Source of the DNA: an uncultured archaeon
Lineage (GTDB): Archaea; Asgardarchaeota; Heimdallarchaeia; Heimdallarchaeales; Kariarchaeaceae
DNA: 64,000 bases
Direction of reading: 5' to 3'
NCBI GenBank assembly: GCA_964645535.1
Contig: CAZYCQ010000007.1
Span: 1-64,000 of the forward strand
Positions 51,084-60,336 of the stretch are shown piece by piece. Both the position numbers and the translations under genes were made by a program. The notes beneath the pieces were generated by a model. The model worked only from the letters and a program-made list of their open reading frames with translations, ran no database searches and was not told the origin of the DNA. How positions within the stretch are numbered: the first letter of the stretch is position 1; each line of letters starts with the position of its first letter.

Positions 51084-51851
51084 TTGATTGTTGATAGTTC
51101 ACAAAACTGTTTAAGAATAGCTGAGGCAGCAGAGATTTGGACACCTTTGCGTCAGTTTATTGCAGATGGAAAAATAGACCTTGGAAACCCTTTGGCATTG
51201 ACTGAATACAACCGTGCCCTATTATTTGGATTGACAGGATGCCGGATTGAAATACCGAGAGAATATCTGATTCCTGCTGTTTGTCTCAGGTATTCTTATA
51301 TTCAATTTCTCAAGGATCAATTTCCCCATTCAAAAACACTTCTTGATGTCGGAACTGGTACTTCCGCTATTCTCGCATTGATTGCCCATCATCTTGGGTT
51401 CAGGGTTTTTGCCACGGAACTGGATCCTGTGGCATTGGAATGGGCTCGAAAAAACCTTGAATCAAATGGGGTGAGGACAATTGTATTCCCTAGTAGCGGT
51501 GGGATTCTCAAAGGTGTTGTTCCTCCTGATGCCCTTGACGAAATCGATTTGACTGTCACCTATCCACCATTTTATCCGATGGATACTCCTGGTCGGACAT
51601 CATTCAAGAAGAGGGGATTCAAAGGGTCTTCTTCCGAGTTATTTGGTGGTGTGACGGGAATCGAATTCACCCGTCAATACATATCTGAGGCTTGTGAATT
51701 CCAGATTCCTGTTCCTTCTGTTCTTCTGCACAAAAAGGAATTTGCAAGGCAAACAGAACGCTTCTATTCTTCCTCATACTCTGTGCATACAGTTCCTGTC
51801 AAGGCTGGAACCCGGTACCGGTTTATTGTTTACGGTGTCCTTAAGGCATAA
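51084..51851 (+). CDS. RlmF/METTL16-like RNA m6A methyltransferase
   Basis: YLIPAVCLRYSY, LDVGTGTSAI, ATELD, YPPFY (NPPF variant). Confidence 0.78.
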   Translation: MIVDSSQNCLRIAEAAEIWTPLRQFIADGKIDLGNPLALTEYNRALLFGLTGCRIEIPREYLIPAVCLRYSYIQFLKDQFPHSKTLLDVGTGTSAILALIAHHLGFRVFATELDPVALEWARKNLESNGVRTIVFPSSGGILKGVVPPDALDEIDLTVTYPPFYPMDTPGRTSFKKRGFKGSSSELFGGVTGIEFTRQYISEACEFQIPVPSVLLHKKEFARQTERFYSSSYSVHTVPVKAGTRYRFIVYGVLKA

Positions 51852-51943
51852 CCCGCTTTTATGGGATCTGACAGGTTGACAACATTCTACAAGCCTGTTT
51901 TCAATCGACTTCTTTTTAATTGAACTTGTCTTATATGAATTAG

Positions 51944-52216
51944 ATGTCTGAACGTAAAACTGCTGTGAAGAAAAAGAAGAAGTGGGGCAAGACCTATGAA
52001 TATGTCCCTGTTGTCCGATCCATGACCATCGATGAGGAGAAACGTGCCGATATGGAGAAGGAGTTGAAAAACCTGAAACCTACAACTCCTGAATCCTTTG
52101 CCAACAAATATGGCATCAAGGTGAGCTTGGCTCGTCTTATTTTGAACAAGTATGTTGAAGAAGGGAAGCTCAAAATCCTCGCGAACGGTAGCAAAACCAA
52201 TCTCTATTCCGCTTAA
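51944..52216 (+). CDS. rps25e: 30S ribosomal protein eS25
   Basis: KKKKKWGK N-terminus; TPESFANKYGIKVSLARLIL..EEGKL winged helix. Confidence 0.88.
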   Translation: MSERKTAVKKKKKWGKTYEYVPVVRSMTIDEEKRADMEKELKNLKPTTPESFANKYGIKVSLARLILNKYVEEGKLKILANGSKTNLYSA

Positions 52217-52851
52217 TTTTTCTTTTTCTTGGTCACTTGCCCTTTTGCCAGTTTTGCCATTTTTTTGAGATGTTCTTTCCAGTCGAAATTGCTGAAAGTA
52301 TCAAATCCATGGTTTTCTTTGTTTTTCTCCACTTTGTATTCATCGACAATTAGATACGAAATGTCTCCTAGGGCGTCCACAAGACCTATAACCAACTTTT
52401 TCTTGCTTGATGTCGCCAATTCGAGAAGATAGTCCAGATCCTTGATTTGAATGGCATCTCCTTCCCTAAGTGGACGAACATAATAACGGGCACTTGCATT
52501 GAATATTTTGACTCCCTTGTCATAAAGCCTGAAAAAAAATGTTGAACCCGAACCTTGGTTGATAACATGACCTCTGTTCCGCAAATCCTTGTACACCATA
52601 TACCTGTCGGAAAAATCCGGATCTGATTTTGCAAACATCGCATAAAGTTCAATCTCTGTTAAAAGTTTCTTGTTTTTGTCCATAGGTTTGATCTTTCCCC
52701 TTTCCGCTAGGTGGAGAACTTCATAAGGTGTCAGTAACAACCCTCCTCCTTTCTGTGGTGTTCCATAGGATCCTAAGTTGTACAAGGTGATTGCGTTTGC
52801 TCCTGCCGCGATGCCACATGTTTCTTCCACAAGGACTGGAATTTCCATCAA
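52213..52851 (-). CDS. endA: tRNA-intron endonuclease subunit, probably structural
   Basis: LTPYEVLHLAERG, YMVYKDLRNRG, FRLY, KKLVIGLVD..GDISY; the catalytic His expected after Y..G is absent. Confidence 0.8.
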   Translation of the reverse strand: MMEIPVLVEETCGIAAGANAITLYNLGSYGTPQKGGGLLLTPYEVLHLAERGKIKPMDKNKKLLTEIELYAMFAKSDPDFSDRYMVYKDLRNRGHVINQGSGSTFFFRLYDKGVKIFNASARYYVRPLREGDAIQIKDLDYLLELATSSKKKLVIGLVDALGDISYLIVDEYKVEKNKENHGFDTFSNFDWKEHLKKMAKLAKGQVTKKKKN

Positions 52852-52940
52852 ATAACAAGATTCTACACACTAAATAAATGGTGACGTAGGTTTGTTCACC
52901 CTTACTTGCTCTTTATATATTGATCTTCAGAAATTTAAGT

Positions 52941-53474
52941 ATGGTTTACAAAAAGGAGGTTCTTGCATTTCGTCAGGAAAAGGACAAATTTTTCAAGAGC
53001 TCACATCATAGCCCGTTAACAGAAAACCAGAAACGAAACTTCGTTGGACTTCAATACTTTCCAGTAGACGAGAAATACCGGCTCAAGGTCAAGCTTCAAC
53101 GTGATCCAAATCCTGAACGAGTGACAATGCAAACCTCAGATGGTCTATGGAGAGATTATGACCGGATTGGTTATTTTGATATCAAAATTGATGGTCAGAA
53201 GGCAAGAGTGTATGTTTATCAGTCCTCGGACAATCCTGATTACTATTTCATTCCCTTCAAGGATGCGACATCTGGTAAGGAAACCTATGGTGCCGGAAGA
53301 TACGTCGAAATTGAACCTTTGGGAAACGATGAATTCATACTTGATTTTAATATGGCATATAATCCCTATTGTGCCTATAATGGACGATTTTCCTGTCCCA
53401 TTCCCCCTAGAGAAAATTGGCTGGACATAAGGATCGAGGCTGGTGAAAAGAATTATCCTGAACCAGAATATTAG
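52941..53474 (+). CDS. DUF1684 family protein
   Basis: F.GL.YFP.D..YR, FIPFKDATSGKETYGAGRY, LDFNMAYNPYCAY..FSCPIPP.EN..IEAGEK. Confidence 0.92.
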   Translation: MVYKKEVLAFRQEKDKFFKSSHHSPLTENQKRNFVGLQYFPVDEKYRLKVKLQRDPNPERVTMQTSDGLWRDYDRIGYFDIKIDGQKARVYVYQSSDNPDYYFIPFKDATSGKETYGAGRYVEIEPLGNDEFILDFNMAYNPYCAYNGRFSCPIPPRENWLDIRIEAGEKNYPEPEY

Positions 53475-53539
53475 GGTTTTTTTTAAATAAGACACGAATG
53501 CTTCAGATGGTTTATAACAGATAGGGTTTTCTCATTCTT

Positions 53540-54283
53540 GTGACTGAAGGTTCTGTCGAAATACGCACTGAGCCAAAGCCTACAGAAGTCAGGACATTTC
53601 CCTTGTCATTTGTCAGAATTGATCGACTACTACCTCATGAGGAAATCATTGAACCTGAACTAGAAAAGCTTGTTCACGACCTAAGAATCAATGGTGTCTT
53701 GAGATATCCTGTTGTCGTCTCAAAGGATACTTACGTTATTTTGGACGGTCATCATAGATACAGTGCCCTCCAACGGTTGAATTTTGAATTCGCTCCCGCC
53801 ATCCTGCTTGACTACGAAGATGATGATCTTATAACTGTCGATACTTGGTATCCAATTGTTCACACCTCTCTTCATGATTTTCTGAATCATCTCCCTTCTC
53901 AAGACTATAAGATGGTCGATGAGCCATTCAATATTCTTCTACACAAGGTACAGCAACGTCATTACACTGCGGTTGTGGGAAATTCGGAACAGGTGGTTGC
54001 CTATACTGGTTCCCGTAGATCTTTGTTTAAGTTGGTTCGAAACCAGTATCTGACCACTACCCAATATGCAGACAATCCCAATGTAGCGTTAGACCATGCC
54101 AAAGAAGGAAAGATTGCTGTAATTTCTTGGGCTTACACAAAGAAGGAAATTGTAGAAAAGGCACAAGCACATGAGGTCTTTCTTCCAAAAACCACAAGAC
54201 ATACCATCAAATACCGATATCCCCCTATCAATCTCCACCTTGAAGATCTGAAGAACGTCAAGGAAGAAGAGATAAATTTCTAG
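53540..54283 (+). CDS. serK: ADP-dependent L-serine kinase SerK-like (ParB/Srx fold)
   Basis: PHEE, ILDGHHR, LDY..V.TWYP, TK.E..EVFLPKTTRH; similar in motif order and length to Thermococcus SerK as recalled. Confidence 0.75.
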   Translation: MTEGSVEIRTEPKPTEVRTFPLSFVRIDRLLPHEEIIEPELEKLVHDLRINGVLRYPVVVSKDTYVILDGHHRYSALQRLNFEFAPAILLDYEDDDLITVDTWYPIVHTSLHDFLNHLPSQDYKMVDEPFNILLHKVQQRHYTAVVGNSEQVVAYTGSRRSLFKLVRNQYLTTTQYADNPNVALDHAKEGKIAVISWAYTKKEIVEKAQAHEVFLPKTTRHTIKYRYPPINLHLEDLKNVKEEEINF

Positions 54284-55086
54284 ATTTGAATATAGGGTCT
54301 ATCCTTCATATCGTGTTCTTCCCTGAATGTGAAATACGCAGGAACTACCAATGCATGTATTGCCCTGTTCACATCAGGGTCATATTCCCACGTGTTGATC
54401 AATTCAATCAGGTATCGAATAATGAATTCAGGATATGCTTTTGGTTCCGGAAGATCACGACGGTTTGAATGTCCCAAAACATAGTTTAATGTTCTTCCAT
54501 CATCCCTATTTTCATAGGTTGCTCTGATCAGTTGGTGCAATCTAGGTGTTGCATACTCAAGCCTCTTCTCCTTTTCCATTGCTTCAATTCCAGCAAACCA
54601 TGCATGATAGGCAGTTCTTCTCAAGATCAGATCCCGTGTATTTGCTGATTCAAGGATGATATCGAGTAAATCGATATCTGTAGTTCCTTTCAGAGCTTGT
54701 AGAAGGGCATAAAGAAGGTCATCTGATGCCGAGGCCAATTGATCTCCAAACAGTTGTTCACGTTCTTCAAGGGGCAATTCTTGAAGAATCTCTATAATTG
54801 TGATCTTTTGTAGAAGTTTGGCTTGTCTATAGGTATTGACTAGCAGATCTTTTGCCTGCTTTTCAGGGTCGTTCTTGAACAATTTTCGGATGACAATTGT
54901 AGCATTCAATCTAAGGAGATTATCTTGGGCTTCCAAAAATGGAAGAAGGACTTCAATATCTTCTGGAAGGCCATATCTGCCTAGAACCAGTATAGCCTCT
55001 ACTTGGATGAATTTTTTGTTGCTATTTAATTTCCGTAAGGCAATAGTTCTCCAAATCTTTGCTTTGATGGTCTCAACAACACTCAT
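54280..55086 (-). CDS. HEAT-repeat protein (operon gene 4)
   Basis: EAILVLGRYG..LLPFLE.QDNLLRLNATIVIRKL and RDLILRRTA helical hairpins; ATGA overlap and AGGAGAGGT SD. Confidence 0.7.
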   Translation of the reverse strand: MSVVETIKAKIWRTIALRKLNSNKKFIQVEAILVLGRYGLPEDIEVLLPFLEAQDNLLRLNATIVIRKLFKNDPEKQAKDLLVNTYRQAKLLQKITIIEILQELPLEEREQLFGDQLASASDDLLYALLQALKGTTDIDLLDIILESANTRDLILRRTAYHAWFAGIEAMEKEKRLEYATPRLHQLIRATYENRDDGRTLNYVLGHSNRRDLPEPKAYPEFIIRYLIELINTWEYDPDVNRAIHALVVPAYFTFREEHDMKDRPYIQI

Positions 55087-56609
55087 TGCACTACCTCTCC
55101 TTGCTTGATCAAATATCTGATTGCCCGATGTTGAGGCTCTGTCAGATCCTTGAGTTCTGAATAATCCACTGTCTGCGCAAGCTTACCTTCGTCCTCACGG
55201 ACGTCGCTTATGTAGGCATCTTTTTTCCGAGTTACCTGCACCGCTCTTGAAACCAATGGAAGGTCATATGGTGACGTAGGGTACCCGGTTCCGGTCTTAA
55301 CACCTAAATATGCCGCTATGTGCATTCCTGCAAACTTCTTGAAAATGATGATATCGGGCAATCCAGGCAAGGGGGTGATAAAGCCGTTCTTTTCTGCGAG
55401 CAGGTGATTCCTCAAAATAATCATTTGCTCTTGACCAATGGCATCCTCATTTATTGAAAAAACTGCAACATCTTTGTCAGGAAGCTTAACCCTTCCATGT
55501 GCTTTGACTGCTGGCTTGTCCATCAGGAGTTGCTGGCGCGAGGAAATCTTATTTCTCTGTATCTTGCCGACAAGATTGGCAACCTTGTCGAATGATTGCG
55601 CTCTGATAGGCCAGAGATCTGCCCAATATCCATTTCTGAAACTGTGCCAAACCAATGCCTCTTCAGAAAGAACTTCTCGATAGTTCTCAATGCGCTGTTT
55701 CGTTTCCGATCTCTTCCAATGTTTAACCAATTCATAATCATTCTTGATTGACTTTGCAATGTCAAAAACACTCTTACCCTCATTTTCTTCAAGTTCTGTC
55801 AGCCACTGAAGGAAAATGAAGCCTACCTCTCCAAAAGGTTGTCCAAGGTTTCCTTTCAGGTCTGGTTTGATTTGAGTAACTATATCCTCATTTAAGGTCT
55901 CCAGATATTTTCTCAGGGCATAATGACCAAACCCATGCAAAGTTAGTTCCCATAAGGGCATTCTTTTCTCAAGCTTGGTTCTTTCTTGAACAATCTGTTT
56001 GATCTCTAAGAGGAAATTGTAGAAAACAGAAGTTTTCCTCATGGAGGCCGGGGGGATATAGAAATCTTCGATTCCATAAAGCGAAAGGACTCTGAGAGAT
56101 GCCACAAAATCTTGAAAATATTGCCACGCCCAAGGCGCACTTCTTTCCTTAACCAGTTCAAAGACATTGTTGGCGAACAACTCCTTGATGATGGCATCTT
56201 TTCTATAAATCTGTTCTAAAAGGCTAGGGAATGTGGATTCGGTTTTTTCTGCCAAAAGAGCCATTGAAAGAAGCTGAACCAACTTGGCCTTGATGGAATC
56301 CTTTGAAAGGGAAAACCTTGTAGCGGGCATATAGATTCTTGCTTTTCTTGAGGCAAGAAACAGATCTCGACCATTCGGTACAAGATTGTTGTGGTTTTTC
56401 AATTCTTGAAGCAATTCCAGCTCATTGGTTGAAATCAAGGCATGCGGTGTACCTGCTTGATTGGTTTGCAACAGTACCGAATCGTAGATATTGCTGTCCA
56501 GAAACAAGGCAACCATGTAATCCTCTGGTGCATCCCCAAAAAGATTTTTCACCTCATTTCTTGCTTCCTTATACGCCTCAAGGAATTTTGGATCCGTGAA
56601 ATCCATCAC
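55083..56609 (-). CDS. Hypothetical 508-aa protein with HxxGH helix (operon gene 3)
   Basis: LWELTLHGFGHYAL; start overlaps the vWA stop (GTGATG). Confidence 0.7.
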   Translation of the reverse strand: MMDFTDPKFLEAYKEARNEVKNLFGDAPEDYMVALFLDSNIYDSVLLQTNQAGTPHALISTNELELLQELKNHNNLVPNGRDLFLASRKARIYMPATRFSLSKDSIKAKLVQLLSMALLAEKTESTFPSLLEQIYRKDAIIKELFANNVFELVKERSAPWAWQYFQDFVASLRVLSLYGIEDFYIPPASMRKTSVFYNFLLEIKQIVQERTKLEKRMPLWELTLHGFGHYALRKYLETLNEDIVTQIKPDLKGNLGQPFGEVGFIFLQWLTELEENEGKSVFDIAKSIKNDYELVKHWKRSETKQRIENYREVLSEEALVWHSFRNGYWADLWPIRAQSFDKVANLVGKIQRNKISSRQQLLMDKPAVKAHGRVKLPDKDVAVFSINEDAIGQEQMIILRNHLLAEKNGFITPLPGLPDIIIFKKFAGMHIAAYLGVKTGTGYPTSPYDLPLVSRAVQVTRKKDAYISDVREDEGKLAQTVDYSELKDLTEPQHRAIRYLIKQGEVVQ

Positions 56610-58009
56610 TCTGCAATCGCCTCCTGTATGATTCTTGCACCAAGCTGGTCGATTTTAGTCGGATCGATCAATATTGGCTTGGTGATGCCACCCAACATCA
56701 CCTTGGTGTCCCTGTAAAGGTCACTGTTCTTGAATTTCTCAGGTGCCATCAGGAAATAGGAGATATCCCAATTTCGATCCATGCTTTTCTTGAGGAAATT
56801 AAAATATTGGTTCAGTTGAATCATGCATTCTTTTGTCTCTGTTTTTGTTGAGCTACTATTGTGTTCAAAATACTCAATGAGGAACTTATCGGGTCTTCCT
56901 GGAATCTTCCCCTTAAATGGAACGTTTGGTCGACCATCAGTTAGAACAATGATTTGAACATCATAGTCGTTTTCCTTGTGATTGTTTGTAACATGATTGA
57001 CTACTGCATTGACTGCATGAACCAATCTGGTTTTTCCTTTGGCTTCGGCTTCAAACAGGAATCTTTCCAGCCTTGCGTTGTCGTCAATTACATAGGGTAC
57101 TTCTGTCACAGGTACCAAATGCATTTTGAAGGTGTCGAATTCCCGTCGTTTCCTGCGGTTGGTCAGATTGAAATAATAATAAAGGCCAAGGGACGTGAGG
57201 AGGGCTCCGTCAAGTCTGGTCAATCCCCCACTGAAGACTGTTCTTGCCATCGATTGGCTGACATCGACAATAAAATAAATCAGGGAAAGCCGATCCTTAT
57301 CCACTACGCGGATATCTTCTGTTTCAATTGATGGAGGTGGGATATTGGCACTTCTGAGAATTGCTGCCTTGTATGTATGCCTTTTCTTGATCTTTCCTCG
57401 TGGTCGGGCATCGATGTTATCAACTGGTCGCAATGAAGCCTGTCTGATGATCATGTTTCCCAATGTTTTTCCAAGAACATCCAGAACATCACTCTGTTGG
57501 ACTCTACGTTTCCGACCAAATTGATCCCTGATCTCAATATCTGTCAGCTCATTTAGTCTGCTAAGCATAGACTGTGCAACAGAAATGGATCTTCCATATT
57601 CTTGTCGCATCAGTTCAAGATGTCTTTCAATGAACTTCATGATGTCTTCCGGCGTCAGCAAAAGATCTTTGTTCACTAATTCCAAAGCTTCCGGAAGGGT
57701 ATAATTCATCATGAAGTTAAGAACTTTGAGTTGATCAATAAGTTGTTCCTCAGTTTTTGCATCCAAATTGGTTGTCAGAAGCATATCACGAATCAACTCA
57801 ACTGACTTATTCGCTTCATTGGCGAGCCTGATGATTGTCCCCTCCCTTGATGACCTACCAAGATGGGGATTTCTCCATTTTCTAAGAATTTCCGCTGCAT
57901 CTTGAAATTGCAAGATGAACTCTGTGGATCCATAATTGACCAATGGATCCTGATAATGAGCCTCTGTCAACCATTTGATTCGATGTGGCATTGTCGTAGC
58001 CCCCATCAC
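56606..58009 (-). CDS. vWA-domain protein (operon gene 2)
   Basis: MIDAS FIVDVSQSM, GKT, IIVLTDGRPN; long helical N-terminal region. Confidence 0.88.
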   Translation of the reverse strand: MMGATTMPHRIKWLTEAHYQDPLVNYGSTEFILQFQDAAEILRKWRNPHLGRSSREGTIIRLANEANKSVELIRDMLLTTNLDAKTEEQLIDQLKVLNFMMNYTLPEALELVNKDLLLTPEDIMKFIERHLELMRQEYGRSISVAQSMLSRLNELTDIEIRDQFGRKRRVQQSDVLDVLGKTLGNMIIRQASLRPVDNIDARPRGKIKKRHTYKAAILRSANIPPPSIETEDIRVVDKDRLSLIYFIVDVSQSMARTVFSGGLTRLDGALLTSLGLYYYFNLTNRRKRREFDTFKMHLVPVTEVPYVIDDNARLERFLFEAEAKGKTRLVHAVNAVVNHVTNNHKENDYDVQIIVLTDGRPNVPFKGKIPGRPDKFLIEYFEHNSSSTKTETKECMIQLNQYFNFLKKSMDRNWDISYFLMAPEKFKNSDLYRDTKVMLGGITKPILIDPTKIDQLGARIIQEAIAE

Positions 58010-59550
58010 AGGTATGCTACATCAAGAAGTGATTCATAGCTCGGCTTAACCATGCCATATATCTCATCTTGAGCATCCTGGGGCAATTTCTCGATACCCT
58101 CATAGGAAAGTACCAAACTCTTGAGCTGTTCCTCACTCATGGCAGTCAATTTATCAAGCTCTTCGGTAACTTCCTCCACGCTGATTGCACTTCCACCTGC
58201 CCTTAAATGCTCTCTTAGGTTCAACTTGAGGGATTGGAGGGCATTATTGACCAATGTGGGTGAAATATCATACAGCTCCAAGGTAGCCTTGACATTGTCA
58301 AGGGTGATGATGTTGCTTTCAGTTCTCTTATCCTCATTTGCCCGTATGACTACTTCACCAATTGCGTTATTGAGGGTACGGAGGTCTATGTAGGGTGAAC
58401 GTTGGGGATTGTGCACCTCATCAAGTCCTGCATAGAATTCCGCCCGTGCAAACTTATTCTCGGATCTTCCGGAAAGATTCTTGAGTGCGTTCGGAATAGA
58501 TTCACTTGCGAGATGGGCTACAAATTCAACGGCTAAACGGGATACAAAATCATTCTTCCCTTCTCCCATCAATTCAAACATGCGGATAAGGGCTGGATTG
58601 GCAACAATGTTAGCTCTTTGGATGATCAAATGCTCCTCAAACATGTCCTTGACGATCTTAATACGATCCTCGACATTTCTTGCTGGCCAAAGCACCTCCG
58701 GAATACGATTGATGATCGGCTGTGATTCCTCTCCAAAAACGGTTAGTGGGGCGTTCGAAGTGAATATGATTGCTCCATCGACATAGACTGGTTGCCCCGA
58801 AAGGTTATATTTGATTCCTTCAGGATCTTCAAGGAACCCCATCAACGATTCCAGTAAGCTGAGATGAAGTCTTTGAATTTCGTTAACAACCAAGAATCCC
58901 TGAGAGAGAGTTCCGACCTTATGTGCTTTGGGATCAAATGTGGTATTGCTGGAATCCCCAAAAAGCTGTTCAAGGTTCTCAACACCCGCCAACAACATAT
59001 ATAGGCTATCGGGATCATTCCGTGGATCGATCTGTGCTGTCCTGACTATTGTCTTTTCGATAGGAACTTTCTTCAACAATTCCGGAACTTTTTTGCCAAG
59101 TTTGACCATCTGATCAGTATTGTCAATGTCTACCCTTTCTCCTCCTTCCGAAAGTACTTCTTCGATAGTCGATCGGGCAAAGGGGGAAAGACTTTGAAGG
59201 ACATCGATTGCTCCATAGATGTTCTTGTCATAATTGTTGATGACCTTGATAAGATAGCCTGCATCTTCGAGGAATGGACTTCCTTTGATATGGTATTTCT
59301 TCGCATTGATTTCATGGGTCAAGTGGTTAAGCAAAACTCTTGCAAAAAGGGTCTTTGCCTCCCCAGTTGGACCCGTCAAAAGAACCTTTCCTCCAACTGC
59401 CAGTTTGTCCATAACCAATTTCTTGATGTTGTCATTGCCCCTTACTGTTTTGTCATCAAGCACTTTCTGCCTGAATTTCTCGTCCGTCATGATGGAACGA
59501 ACTGAGCATCCTTGATACCCCGCATCTATTAGGTTCTGAACTGTTTGCAT
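58006..59550 (-). CDS. AAA+ ATPase, chelatase/MoxR-related (Rv0958-like) (operon gene 1)
   Basis: N-terminal TV..L..AGY...SV, Walker A GPTGEAKT, Walker B FLVVNE, sensor-1 FTSN, Arg finger IINR. Confidence 0.82.
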   Translation of the reverse strand: MQTVQNLIDAGYQGCSVRSIMTDEKFRQKVLDDKTVRGNDNIKKLVMDKLAVGGKVLLTGPTGEAKTLFARVLLNHLTHEINAKKYHIKGSPFLEDAGYLIKVINNYDKNIYGAIDVLQSLSPFARSTIEEVLSEGGERVDIDNTDQMVKLGKKVPELLKKVPIEKTIVRTAQIDPRNDPDSLYMLLAGVENLEQLFGDSSNTTFDPKAHKVGTLSQGFLVVNEIQRLHLSLLESLMGFLEDPEGIKYNLSGQPVYVDGAIIFTSNAPLTVFGEESQPIINRIPEVLWPARNVEDRIKIVKDMFEEHLIIQRANIVANPALIRMFELMGEGKNDFVSRLAVEFVAHLASESIPNALKNLSGRSENKFARAEFYAGLDEVHNPQRSPYIDLRTLNNAIGEVVIRANEDKRTESNIITLDNVKATLELYDISPTLVNNALQSLKLNLREHLRAGGSAISVEEVTEELDKLTAMSEEQLKSLVLSYEGIEKLPQDAQDEIYGMVKPSYESLLDVAYL

Positions 59551-59621
59551 ACAAGTCAGAATTTGACGTTCTTCATATAAAGAAAACGGTGTTGACGTAT
59601 GTTAAACTCGCAAGCAATTTC

Positions 59622-60206
59622 CTATTGCAGGTATTGGCTCGCCAATGTGCTTAAATCTGTATCTGGCAAGTTCGCAAAGTGTTGCAGGGCTTCCCTGATT
59701 TTGGGATCGAATGCCTCGTTTTTCCCTTGCATTGCTCCAAGGCATTTGATCACGGCAATTTTTACAGGGTTAATCTGTGATGCTGCTAAATTCATCAGAA
59801 TTTCAACAGTTTCTCCGATCCTTTCTGGTGCAAACGCTCCTTGTTTTTCCAGCCAAGCTACTGGATCCTGTCCAAACAGTGCCTCTTGAATGAATGAAGC
59901 CGACCAATTTGACCCTCCGCTCGATCCTAACTCCACAGTGGCAGGGGTTGCTTCCTGTTCCTGTGCTACACCCCACTCCATATTAAGCCTTCTTTCAATT
60001 TCCTCTGGGTCATTGATGGATCTTACTACGTTTGGTGTTTCTAATGACAGTTGATCATGACATTTTCTGCATAAAAATCGAACAACCTTTTGACCCACCT
60101 CATTGTCGCGTACCTGAAGCCAATTTACACCATCCTGTCCGCAGATGTCGCAGTATTGGAATTCCATCTCGTTTTCCAAAACCCGACCCAAAAACTCATC
60201 CGACAT
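59622..60206 (-). CDS. Zinc-finger plus HEAT-like protein
   Basis: CDIC...CRKC near the N-terminus; VKIAVIKCLGAM helical hairpin near the C-terminus. Confidence 0.6.
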   Translation of the reverse strand: MSDEFLGRVLENEMEFQYCDICGQDGVNWLQVRDNEVGQKVVRFLCRKCHDQLSLETPNVVRSINDPEEIERRLNMEWGVAQEQEATPATVELGSSGGSNWSASFIQEALFGQDPVAWLEKQGAFAPERIGETVEILMNLAASQINPVKIAVIKCLGAMQGKNEAFDPKIREALQHFANLPDTDLSTLASQYLQ

Positions 60207-60336
60207 ACCCTCATTTGGTCATCCTCTCTCAAAAACTTTCTTTTGCTCAAATGAAGTTGGAAATACCGTAGTATCTCTTCAGTATCACAACTAATTTAAT
60301 AAAACATGATCCGTTCATTTCTTACGGTGAACACAT

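Noticed and set aside
53540-54283. Chromosome-partition ParB call
   Set aside because: No HTH or ParA neighbour; C-terminal motifs fit SerK better.
58006-59550. True magnesium/cobalt chelatase subunit
   Set aside because: No ChlH/CobN or tetrapyrrole genes nearby, and the motifs differ from ChlI (GDRGTGKS, LYVDE).
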